Shown: positions 52,789 through 63,206 of the stretch, piece after piece | Position numbering within the stretch: position 1 is the first letter of the stretch | Layout: each line of letters starts with the position of its first letter | Assembly: GCA_051294905.1 (NCBI GenBank) | Contig: CM119386.1 | Span: 5,890,001 to 5,954,000, forward strand | DNA: 64,000 bases | DNA from: Botryllus schlosseri | Lineage: Eukaryota | Direction of reading: 5' to 3' | The notes under the pieces: model-generated | Told to the model about the DNA's origin: nothing | The model's database searches: none | Seen by the model: only the letters and a program-made list of their open reading frames with translations | Translations under genes and position numbers: made by a program

Positions 52789-55700
52789 CAGTATGTGTTG
52801 TGGTGACTAATTACGCTGGTAAATATAGATATTGACCTTAGTTATGAATTTATGCCCGGGTGTTTTTGTACATTGTACAATGTACATGGTGGGCGTGTAG
52901 TGTGGTTGACTTTTTGGGTGACCTTTCAGAATAGATGCTACAGCTACACATATTTCGGGCTTTACAATCCAAAATCCCCTCTTCAGCCGGTGCATTATTA
53001 TTCCACACGACTGCGGATAGCGAGAAATCACGAAACGATGCGGCAAACCCAATCTAGGTTACGTTTGCCAAGTTGGATTGTTCGCAGTCCGCTCCGTCTC
53101 AATATAGAAAATTCCCTTTTCCCTTCATTGTGACAAGACTTCCGCTCGGGAAAAATTATCTCCGATTCAATCAAAGCAGAATATCAACTCGCGATGTGAG
53201 CAATTTGGAAGAAGCGCGGAGCGGCGGCGTTTGTCTAATGCGGTTTGACGCCTTGCCACCTGCCACTCCCTTCGTTGATATCGCGATTGTAAGCCGACCT
53301 ATCCTCGAAACTTCTTCAGTCGTCTGCTGTTTGCGATGCGGCCTTAAAAACAGCAATACAAATCTACTATATGTCGTGGCATTCCGAAGTTGTTATTGCT
53401 GTTGTATCTCGATAATCAATCGAATTTCTGCGACAAGTGTTTGTCGCAAATTCTCCATTTCCCAGGCTGTCGCGGTTGGCGATTGTTCCGATGCGACGGG
53501 ACCTTGTAGGCGTAAATATTACACGGAAGTCTCAAAAGTCTAAATTATGTTAGCATTGGTTTCTGATCATTACCAATCTTATAGATTATCAATAGAAAAA
53601 ATAACAAATAGTATCCGACTTTGCATAACCGAAATCGATACGTTGAGAAGAAATCTACGTGAGATAAGGACTTTACCGACACTTCATTTCTCATATCATA
53701 TCGCTAATGATGTAGTAGTGATACCGGCTTGGACAATGCATTACAATGTTTTTATGGATCTCGACACGCCTACTATGTGTGTCCGAATAAGTGCAGTGTA
53801 GCCAGAAATGGGAGCGTGGCATATTTTCCAACACTTCAATTGAGTTTCAAATTGACGTAACAGTGACACAACGAACCTGCTAACAAATATACTATTACAT
53901 ATCTTACACGTCAATTAATTACACGCAACGGACATACACAAAGTTGCATGGTGGGTATTTGCAGTATATAAAATTCAAATAAGTTAGTTTTCATTGTTGA
54001 GGCATACCCATGCCCAAGTGGAGTGATGCTATAGTTGACCGGTTCTTTTGTCCGATAAAATCCATCCTTGTTATTTGTCAACTACGATTACTGCATGACG
54101 GATGAAATGTATACTTGTTCTGAAAAGTACATAGGCGTCGAAAGCATGCTACTCATTTTGTACTATTAGTTTTTGGTGGTAGTATCACATCACAAAATTG
54201 CATTCCTTCATCTCATTCCACTATCAACATTGATCAATTGCGGCTTATATTTGTACAATCTACCGCGCGACCGATACTTGATCTATTCCGGCAGAATTTT
54301 CTTAACCTTCTATCACCATAAGCAAACTAGTAAACCGTTCTGTATTGGATATTTTCGTCTGTTTATCTCTGCACGCATTGGACTTGCAGCTTTCTCACTG
54401 CCGGAGAAGCATCGTAATTTCCCGTCGCTTGGGCGTCTAAGTTGACACGACTCAGAGCGCGTGACTCATTTATCGGATTCCGCGAAAGCGGGTCGTGCTC
54501 GAATGTGTCAAGTTTAAATCCTACTCGGAATCGCGGCGCGTGCCGAGTCGCATGTGTTGGATTCGGGATAAGGAAGACTGTATTTGTTTACCGGAGTAGG
54601 CCTACGGAGTGCATATTATCACCAGCGTTGTAACAAGTTTGCATACATGAGTTTTTATGCTGGACGTCCGTGTGTTGCGAGCTAAGCGAACTAAGGGGTC
54701 GCTGATGCTAACTCGGGATATCGAAATTTGTCTCTACGTTAATTGTGACATCTTTTCCCCGCTACTCTCTAATTGTCTGTCGATCATCCACTTTCTTGAA
54801 ACTTACGATATTTTACCTCGACGGCATTGTGTCCGTGGTTTGGTACATTGCAACGCCAATTTTCCGTGCGAATTGGTATTTTTGTTTGCAATTTCACGCT
54901 CGCAACGGATCTGTGTATTCCGCATCCACCAGTATGATTGTCATGTACCAATACCGAGTTGTTTACACTAAAACCAAGCATTCGACGTAATTTCAAAATT
55001 CCGCGCCGTGACGACAGGCCGTCTTTTCCGCGAAATCTCGGTTGTACGCTGCGCGTGAGCCGTTACAAGACTGACCCTGTGTATATGCGATGATGCTGAG
55101 ATAATCCAAATAACGGTCGCGTAACATAAGAAGCCGCTGTGATTGCGATCAATTACTGATGGTTTGTGACAGTTTACCGAATATCGGCGATTCTATCGGC
55201 GGGTATGACTGAACCGCATATTAAATGTAATTGCCGGGATTTTCAGGAGTCAAGCCATCGCTCTGCACGAAAGCAAATGCATTCGAAGGGGCCTTTTTTC
55301 GTCAGATTTGCGTTTGCTGTGTGATACAAACGTACTGAATATAACTAGTGATGAAAGTTTTGTTTTTATAACCAGATTTCTCTGACCAATATTACTCGTC
55401 GTGTGCTTCACCGTATTTTATAACTCGCTGTTAGCAGTCTATTTCAATATTTATGTATTAATCAACTGTTGGTTGTTTTCTGTGTCAAACTACAAATATA
55501 TTTCTATCGCACATCGATACATTGTAGGACTGATAAAGAAACCGTAAAATTGAATACTTGACGGGAGCCTATGTTGCTGTTCTTTGATATTCACGGTGTT
55601 TCTACAATCTACATCTTGGTCATTTCACACCGGGCCGACAAGGTGATTTATGATTTTTTCTTTTCCGTCTCATATTACGGACAACTACCGTTGTAGGATC

Positions 55701-56169
55701 GCATTGAGATGGGAGGGGTTATACGTAATACGTACTTCACAAGTCAGGCGTGGTATATCCACATCCATATGGGTCTCCGATACATGTACTCAGAGTGATG
55801 TATGCAACACGCAGCATTTGTTTTTTACTTGTTGAAATGTCACCACGACAATAAATAGCGTAGGAACGCTATTTGTCAACTATGTGGTGGCGTGAATCAT
55901 GGAAATGGCCGCTAATTCGCTGATTATTGCCGGGATTTGTTCGGCTTTGGACACGTTCCGATCGAAGTTTATGTTTTGTTGTCATGTTTTGCAATAGAAT
56001 TGAAATCAGTTCATTCTTTGTTATTTTGAAGATACGCCGTAAGAAAAGGCTTCTTTTCTTACGTCGAATCCGTGTTTCAAACCCGCGTTTTCATTTTAAT
56101 CAACAAAATATGTGAGAAATAACTATAAGCTGAAGCATGGTAGACTTATTCAATATTATTTTATTCCAG

Positions 56170-56361
56170 AGGCAGGGGGCGTCTACCACCGTCTTCGTGG
56201 CCACGGCCCGCGAGCTGGAAGGCGTCGGCGGGCTGTATTTCAACAACTGCTTCACTTGCCAGACCAGCGAAACCGCGCAGAGCAGAAATCTTGCGTCGCG
56301 ATTATGGAAAATTACCGAAGACTTGCTGTCAAATCGCTTGACAGCGTCGGTTTACGATTGA
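56170..56361 (+). CDS. WWOX: WW domain-containing oxidoreductase, terminal coding exon (63 aa plus stop)
   Basis: After a good acceptor: RQGASTTVFVATARELEGVGGLYFNNCFTCQTSETAQSRNLASRLWKITEDLL...*. This matches human WWOX exon 9 from recall ([30 protein letters not shown]...LW.LSE.L). YFNNC distinguishes WWOX from RDH-type SDRs. High GC3, phase-0 start. Confidence 0.93.
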   Translation, partial: RQGASTTVFVATARELEGVGGLYFNNCFTCQTSETAQSRNLASRLWKITEDLLSNRLTASVYD

Positions 56362-56597
56362 CGGCAGGCTTATTTTAAGTGTAGAGCGTCCCGTTTCGTT
56401 ACACACGTACAACGCTAATTCGCTTGGATATAGGCAAAGGGCATCTGTGTTTATCTGTCGTGTTTGCTGATTAGTTGTGGTATCTTGTTCATACTGAGTG
56501 TATTCTCACTTCGGCAAATCGCACTTGTTTGTCATTAGCCGGCTCTTCTAATTTTGTATGCGCGGTATTCTAAGTCCGTTGTCGTTTGCAGACTTAA

Positions 56598-56603
56598 AAT
56601 AAA
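56598..56603 (+). terminator. WWOX: Candidate WWOX polyadenylation signal AATAAA
   Basis: First AATAAA after the stop, about 240 nt downstream. Confidence 0.4.
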
Positions 56604-57547
56604 CGGGACACAATACGAATCTACGGAAAATACACTCTCGCAGTGTTCGTAGATAGACCGCCAGTGAGAAAAGGTTTAGTGTATGGGACGTGTATTTTGA
56701 CAGCTGCTTATGCTATATTTGTGGCGGCATGCGTTGTTTATGCGATACACACATTACACACGGTTACAATCCATTGTGTAGGCTCGCGACGAATCGAGCA
56801 AACGAGAAGCGGATGACGCGAATCCGTGTATAAGCCCGATATTTAGCGATTAAATCGCGTTTCTGGTGCTTGACAATCATTGCACGAGTCGCAATGCTCG
56901 CTAAATTTATATCAGAACCTCTATTGGATCTACAGATTCGTTTAGCCAGATGGAGTACATTCAGGGGCCGTCCCTAACAAACTACTACTTTTTCCGAGTA
57001 CTTAAGTAGCTTTTGCGTACTTGCAACTTACTCAAGGGGTTCTATTTTTAGACCTCTTTCAGCTCGTCTAAACAGTTTTAGTCAAAACTACTTACTCTTA
57101 CCAATCTGGATTTTGTAAAGTATAAAGTGGTTTGGGGATATCCCTGCATTGCTTTTGTGTGAAACTGTCACAGTAGCTGGGCGAAAGAGTCCGGTATCGC
57201 GGTAGCTCAATAAACTATCGAAGATTGCACCGATTCTTGGTACCGTCAGTAATTTTGCGCGAGTCGCGAAGATGCGCCCTGCAATTTCGAAAGTGACAAT
57301 CTCCGAATAACTGCTAAAAAAAACTAGAAGTAGTTTTGAATTTTCTTTGTAATGGAATAGAAATATATGGCATTACTTCTACTTGAATTATCTCATGAGT
57401 GCACGTCGGTATGAGGTGTAGGTGGTGGTAACTTGTAAGGCAGTGGTTCCCAACCTGCGGTACGCGTACCACTAGTGGTACGCGAAGGTCTTCAGGTGGT
57501 ACACGAGTAGATTCCTTTTTTTTTAACCGAAGGGAATTATTAGTTAA

Positions 57548-58129
57548 GGTGGGGTTGAACACAAAGATTGTTCTCCAATAAACTTCAGGCTTAGCGTGCC
57601 CTCCTCGTACTCAACTCTAGCTTCTCACGCTATTCCCCAGCTGCTAATTTTACCTTCTACGCGGGAGTGCGAGCAGGGATTTTCATCTCTGATAACCATC
57701 AAGTCGAAGAAACAAAACCGACTTGTTGCGCCTATGCATGACTTTCGATGCGCTGTGAGCAAACATATGCCACGCATCGACCAGCTACTGCAGTGGTTCT
57801 CAAACTGGGGGGCGTGAAAGCTTCTGAAGGGAGGCACGAAGCTCCGGCCAACTGAAAAAAAATTTCGTGCTTCGCGCGATTTACCTCCAATTCATTGTTT
57901 TTGCTCTGTGTATAGTCCTAATTGAATATTTAGGAATTCTCTTATCAACTGTCATAACCTTCCATGCCATCAAATTATTCGTTGAGATTGCCAGCATTCT
58001 GGTTGCATTTTGTGATATGAGGATAAGGGGGTTGGCGAAATTTTTCACTATGATAAACGGGAGCGTGTCTAAAAAAGTACGGGAACCGCTGAGCTAGTGG
58101 AAAATAAGCAAATGCAGCCATCGCATTAA
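57548..58129 (+). pseudogene. hAT transposase C-terminal dimerisation-domain remnant, interrupted by a MITE
   Basis: ...SYSTLASHAIPQLLILPSTRECEQGFSSLITIKSKKQNRL...DFRCAVSKHMPRIDQLL. After removing 57791-58099 it continues in frame as ENKQMQPSH*. This is the typical Charlie/Buster (ZBED5/SCAND3-like) C-terminus. Confidence 0.9.
57791..58091. mobile_element. hAT MITE nested in the transposase remnant
   Basis: Ends CAGTGGTTCTCAAACT / CGGGAACCGCTG; TSD AGCTACTG / AGCTAGTG (7/8). Confidence 0.85.
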
Positions 58130-60322
58130 AACAATTGACGTTTGTTGTTTGCTGTTATTTCATTATGTTGTTCTTCTTATGATTGGTGGTGATAAAACAA
58201 TCCCATGCATCTCATTAACCCTGGCTGATAATGCCTAGTTTAATAGTATTTGCTATTACGCCTCGCATACGTCAAATACGTCATTATTACGTCATAAACG
58301 ACGGAAACATTTTTGACGGCTTTCAGCGCTCGCAACTTATGTAGGTGGTACGCTAGCGCTGCGTAAAACCTCGAAATGGTACGTGAGTGAAAAAGGTTGG
58401 GAACCACTGTTGTAAGGTAACAAACATTGCCAAATGTATATCATTTGCACTCTCTTATTTGGAAAGCATAGCAGATCAGTGTTTTGCGTCCCATGCTAAC
58501 CTTCTGTATTCTAGCCGCACCCGTACTAATGACAGACGCGTATCGTATATTCGGATATAGCTCCGTTGCACACAAGTAGTAACTTAACTAGCGTCGACTC
58601 CAAGCCATCCATAATGTCTTCTCAAACCCGCACAATCGCCATATCATCACTGCGCCAGAAGGCAACGATTTGTCACTCGAAAAGACAAGGGCTGTCAATA
58701 TCTTTGATCCATGCCTTCAATCGTCATCATATTTATTTTTCTTGAGTTTCCAATCAGGCGTCAGTTAGTACAATCCTTCACGGAGGATGGTGTGATATGA
58801 CTGTAGCCCAAGGACTCGCAATGTGTACTACGTGTATAAGTGAAGCAAATGGTTCGTTTCGATGTTGCTCTTGCAAATTTAAGGAATTTTACCCGTTATC
58901 AACAATTGGCTTTCGTACTGTCACCAGTTACAACAATCGCCCGTTTTGCCTCATATTCCATTTTGTTCAACAATGTCCTTCGGCATGCGGATCGTCGGTA
59001 TTAGCGGTCCGGAGTAGCTCCAAGTTTATCGATAGTGTTCGCCGTGCCATGCGAGTTCAGATTAGACTGTGGCTTTTGAAATACGCATCTTCGGATGTCC
59101 GTATGACTTCCCGCTCGTATTTCACCTAAGACTAGAACCGAGCCATAATACAAGCCGAGATAGTCGAACCGCAAGGACGCTGGTGCGTTTCCGCGATTGA
59201 ATAAATCTCGCCGCCGAGGAAATATGAGCCTGCGCGCGATCCTGGATGACCCGTTTTCGCGGACATTTTCTGTCGCAGTCCGGTGTAGGCGCAGATAGAT
59301 AATGTTACACTCTCAGCGTCTGAACCGGGCAAACACACTCCAAAATAGTCAAGTTGAAAAGTGAATTGCCTGTTTGCACTTGTATGAAAATGCACATCAT
59401 CCAACCGCAATCAATGTACACCGAATGCCTTAATTCAATGTCCACATAACCTTGTAACGTAACGCCTGCAACAAGGGACACTGGCCGATACTGCTGTCAC
59501 GAGCGAACCGCAGTCATTCGCCGGGTTTCGATACTGCGTGATTGCGACAGCAATCATCACACGTCAAACATCTTCGCGACGTGTGTTTCAGCGTGCGAAG
59601 TCCGACCTGCGTGGCGTACATGCCATGTGTACCGATGCACATGGAAAATCGGAAATCTGTATGCCTTAATACCGACGTAATGAAATCCTTTATTGTCTTG
59701 GTATATGTAAGCCAAACTTACACTCACAATGTCAGATATAGTGACATTTTTAGACGATTGTTGAGGGGTTCACATGGTTGGGCTTTTATACACCCCCGCA
59801 ATACGAATGCGGCAGTAAGATACACTGTATAAAGTGTGCAATGTACTGTAGAGTGCACCCATAACGCATGACAGCAAACTATTGGCATCCAACCAGAGCA
59901 CAATAACAATTGGTGCAATTTCCAATGTATTACACCCAAAGAAACGAAAATGAATTCATCACAGAGTTTTCATAAACATATTCGAAGGTACTTCTGATTT
60001 TGTTTTTGGGAAATAATTGAGTTTTTAGTTGATTTTTACATTGGCGCGAATTTCCTTCCTGATCTCTTTATCTAAGTAAGTTGCCTATTCATTTACAGTG
60101 ACAAATCGTCTGGTGAAGTTCAGATCCATCCTCATTTCTCATATGTACGATGTAACTTAAAACGAAATGAATGCATGATATTCGTCTCTCCATTATCTGA
60201 AAGTTGGTATTGCCCTAAATGCGCCACCGTGCTTATAGTTTCCAATATCCCCCTATAACTCTCACTCATTCTTGCATTTGTTTGACGCAAGTCTGATAGA
60301 CCAAATATTCATGGAATGAACG

Positions 60323-60328
60323 TTTATT
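60323..60328 (-). terminator. Maf: Candidate Maf polyadenylation signal AATAAA
   Basis: TTTATT on + in an AT-rich tract about 850 nt past the Maf stop; other candidates lie further downstream. Confidence 0.3.
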
Positions 60329-61169
60329 CGAAATTGAATTAAAGATAGAAAAGGAAATGAATAAAAATATTGCGAGGACAAGACTACAAATTACTATTAG
60401 CGTTCACACGATGTTCCAAACAATAATAAGCAAACAAACACGGGCACAATGATTAGGATTTCAATAAATAATTTTTGGAACAAGGGTTATACCGGAAAGT
60501 GACTTTACGTCGAGCATATCCAGTCTTACATTCAAAGTCATGGTATTGAGGTTCTTTTGCCGGCCAGCTCTGCTTACTGCGGCCAGCGCGAAGAGCTCGA
60601 TTGTGTATAACAAAGCGGTGGACGCAGGCAAAATGGCGTCCGCGAGATTCAGGTATTAGAAATCGTAACCGTACAGATTGGCGGAAAACAATAGCAGCAG
60701 CAATTATTATCACGCAACACAGGGAGTTTGATCTAAACTTTTTCCAGGAACTATATTCTCTCCAACATGTAGTCTGGGATCCGTCGACTCCCGTTTCATA
60801 ATAATAGCAGCATGGTCGCATGAAGAAAACATCTTGAATAAATTATTTTGGAACTATATGCCTCTAAATTAAATAACTCGGACCGCGCGCACAAGCACGG
60901 TCGAGGTTCCCCGCGTACGTATGCCGCGCCAAATGTTTCGCTGTGTCGGAGTTCTTCTTTCGGAAGCAAGCAGCCAAAAACGAATGTAGTTTCCTCGTAA
61001 GATTGTAACTTGTGGCTAGAGTCGCATGTTTTTTTCGCGATATGCAGCGAGCCGTTCACAGCCGCAGAAGCAGCAGCGCAATCTCGGAGTTTCACCGTCT
61101 GTCGACGCAGTTCCGAGCCCCCACTCTTGAACTTTTGGATTATTCTCTTGAATATTTCTCATGCGTCTC

Positions 61170-61361
61170 TTACATATTGTACATCTGGTGCATCGGCGTG
61201 GCCATTTGATCGCGCTGCATTTGTTCCGAGTGCTGTGCCGACTGCTGCTGATGGTGTAACCGTTGCTGGTTCATGAGGATCGACTTGAGATGTTCGTACT
61301 TGCCGCGATAGTCTTCGCGCTCTTGCAGAACGCTATTGAGTTGGTGTTGTAACTGAGCGAG
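61170..61361 (-). CDS. Maf: Large Maf bZIP factor, last coding exon (zipper C-half and Q/H-rich tail)
   Basis: Acceptor ttttttttttgacAG, then LAQLQHQLNSVLQEREDYRGKYEHL...MYNM*. Completes the Maf heptads, including the Tyr heptad; phase 0 matches the previous exon. Confidence 0.92.
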   Translation of the reverse strand, partial: LAQLQHQLNSVLQEREDYRGKYEHLKSILMNQQRLHHQQQSAQHSEQMQRDQMATPMHQMYNM

Positions 61362-61857
61362 CTGTCAAAAAAAAATCAAAAACTGTAAATCGTCGGCGGT
61401 CACCAGATGGGTGTTGAGCGAAAGATATCTCGCGGGGGGTTGCACAGAGTTTCGCAATCATCGCTGGTTTACATGGGCTGTTCGCTGTGCGGCTCATCAA
61501 TTCCAAGCAGCCTTTTACGCGAGGAGTTACTGCTCCCATATCGCCAATATTTACTCAAACCGGCGGCCTCTACTATGCGTATTATCATTGGAGCTTGGTG
61601 TTTTTCTAGGCACCTACTTCGTGCCAGTAAATTATTATGCTTTTCAATCAATAATTAACTCGACTGATAAGTTCACTGCGTACTGAACGGTGTCGGCGTT
61701 GCGGGCGATGCATCATAAGTAGTAGGTCTAATATAATTTGGGATGTTTGTAAGATAATGCGCTATAAATAATATTTCAGCACAATACCGTGAGCTTAAAA
61801 TTACAGCAATCGAAAATTACGACCCACTGCAAACGCGTCTCGGTGAAGACAGCTTAC

Positions 61858-61990
61858 CTTTCTTTGAAGATTTGTTTTTTCGTTTTCGAGCATATTTTTC
61901 TGCATTACTCTTTTGCTCCTGCAGGACTGGGCATATCCGCGGTTTTTCAGCGTTCTCCGCCTTTGTTTGAGCGCCGTTATTTGTTCTTTG
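61858..61990 (-). CDS. Maf: Large Maf, basic-region exon (133 nt)
   Basis: ctcgtatttcAG ... AAG|GTAAGC. (S)[50 protein letters not shown] is the large-Maf basic motif (small Mafs have YAASCR). Confidence 0.96.
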
Positions 61991-62265
61991 CTGAAATACG
62001 AGAATTATTGGTTTACATGGGAAACTCAACACCGATCATAGCGTTCGCCGACACAGCTTCACAGAAACGGTCACTACATTGACACTATCCCTCATTGTTC
62101 GCCACGATGGACAGCACACTGGACAACCCGATTTCCAGGATACTTAAGTTACCAATCGCTTTATCGCGAAGAAGTCCATTGATATTTGTGATTCACTTAT
62201 GGAAAGAAACGCCATTCAAAGACCAAAAAATATTCGCTACCAATAGTTACGTCATGACGACTTAC

Positions 62266-63206
62266 CTCATTCCGCGCAACCGTCTATTGAGATCTCTGAC
62301 CGATATCGATATAAGTTCGTTGTCGGGTAATGCTTCGGAGTCACTCAAGCTTTTGGGCGAGTGACAATTCCTTGATCCATTCATGCACTTCTGACTCCCC
62401 TCCATGTCATCGCCATGTTCGCTTGTCCCGGGGCTGTCGTAACTCCAATTGGAACACGACATGCCGCGGTTGAGAACGGTGTGTTGGCCGTGGTAAGATC
62501 CGTCATGTTTCCTTGTCATTTCTGCGAGTCTATATTGCGTACCGTCGGGTAGGCTTGCGGACCTGTACGCTAACGGCGGATTCGGCGAGATGCATTGCGT
62601 CGTTGGGTATACTCCGGCGCAAGCAGCAGTTACGTTTTGCATGGTTTGATCGATCTGATAATGGTTGAAGCGGTTATCTGCAGTGGTTCCAACCGAAGGA
62701 GCGACCGTATATCTTGAGTAGTCTTGTTCGGACTGCTGTGTCATCTGAGGGAAACTGCCACTTACAGTTGCTAATATTGCATCTATACATTCTTCTTCTG
62801 TTGTGTCACATATGCTCCGCGATTCATCCACTTGGTTCTGGGACCAAAAGTTCTCGCAATTGTCAATTTCCTGCTTCTCTGAACAGTGAGTCATTTCCGG
62901 GGATGAAGATAAAGAATGACAGTTTTGCGGTGAGCCCGATGGACTTGACTGGTGGGATCCCGGCTGGTAGCAGTATCCATCGTTCATATTCGGATTTGCA
63001 GGTATTTCATCGGCGGGGTAAGGCTCTTGCTTGACTAAAGACGAATTAGACCGCGAAAATGCTGACCCGTACGGACTATTGTCGGAGTGAGTATTCATCG
63101 GTGATCTGTGGGGTCCAACGAACGATGCAACGTTATAGACAGCGATAGATTGGGCGTCCATCTCAGGTTGCGAGTCTTCAGAAAGTTCGAAGTCGTAATT
63201 AACCAT
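62266..63206 (-). CDS. Maf: Large Maf, first coding exon (transactivation domain and extended homology region)
   Basis: ATG at 63206 (MVNYDFEL...) to PDNELISISVRDLNRRLRGM, donor AG|GTAAGT. The spliced CDS is 941+133+192 = 1266 nt (421 aa) and open throughout. Confidence 0.92.

Larger units (their letters stand above)
1..56169 (+). other. WWOX: Putative last intron of WWOX (5' end probably outside the window; at least 55 kb)
   Basis: Ends in the acceptor ttcaatattattttattccAG directly before the WWOX terminal exon. A manual scan found no WW-domain, TGANSGIG, YNRSKL, VHPGN or RPFTKS-type exon upstream. A diverged small exon could have been missed. Confidence 0.65.
57441..58409 (+). mobile_element. 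Internally deleted hAT (Charlie/Buster-type) transposon
   Basis: Perfect 16-bp TIRs CAGTGGTTCCCAACCT, perfect TSD TTGTAAGG (57433-57440, 58410-58417), GGTACG subterminal repeats and a transposase remnant inside. Confidence 0.95.

Noticed and set aside
53073-53543. 156-aa ORF, and similar ones at 26712-27155, 35836-36234, 14666-15040 and 60453-60821
   Set aside because: Cys/Arg/Ser-rich random-looking composition, no recognisable domain and no splice support.
1-56169. FRA16D-like long AT-dinucleotide flexibility tracts
   Set aside because: None seen; only (TG)13 and (CT)10, so no sequence support for a fragile site.
56962-57335. CAGGGGCCGTCCC start with AACTACTT/AAGTAGT motifs (similar motifs at about 5580-5665)
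   Set aside because: Probably decayed MITE remnants, but no TIR pair or TSD could be defined.
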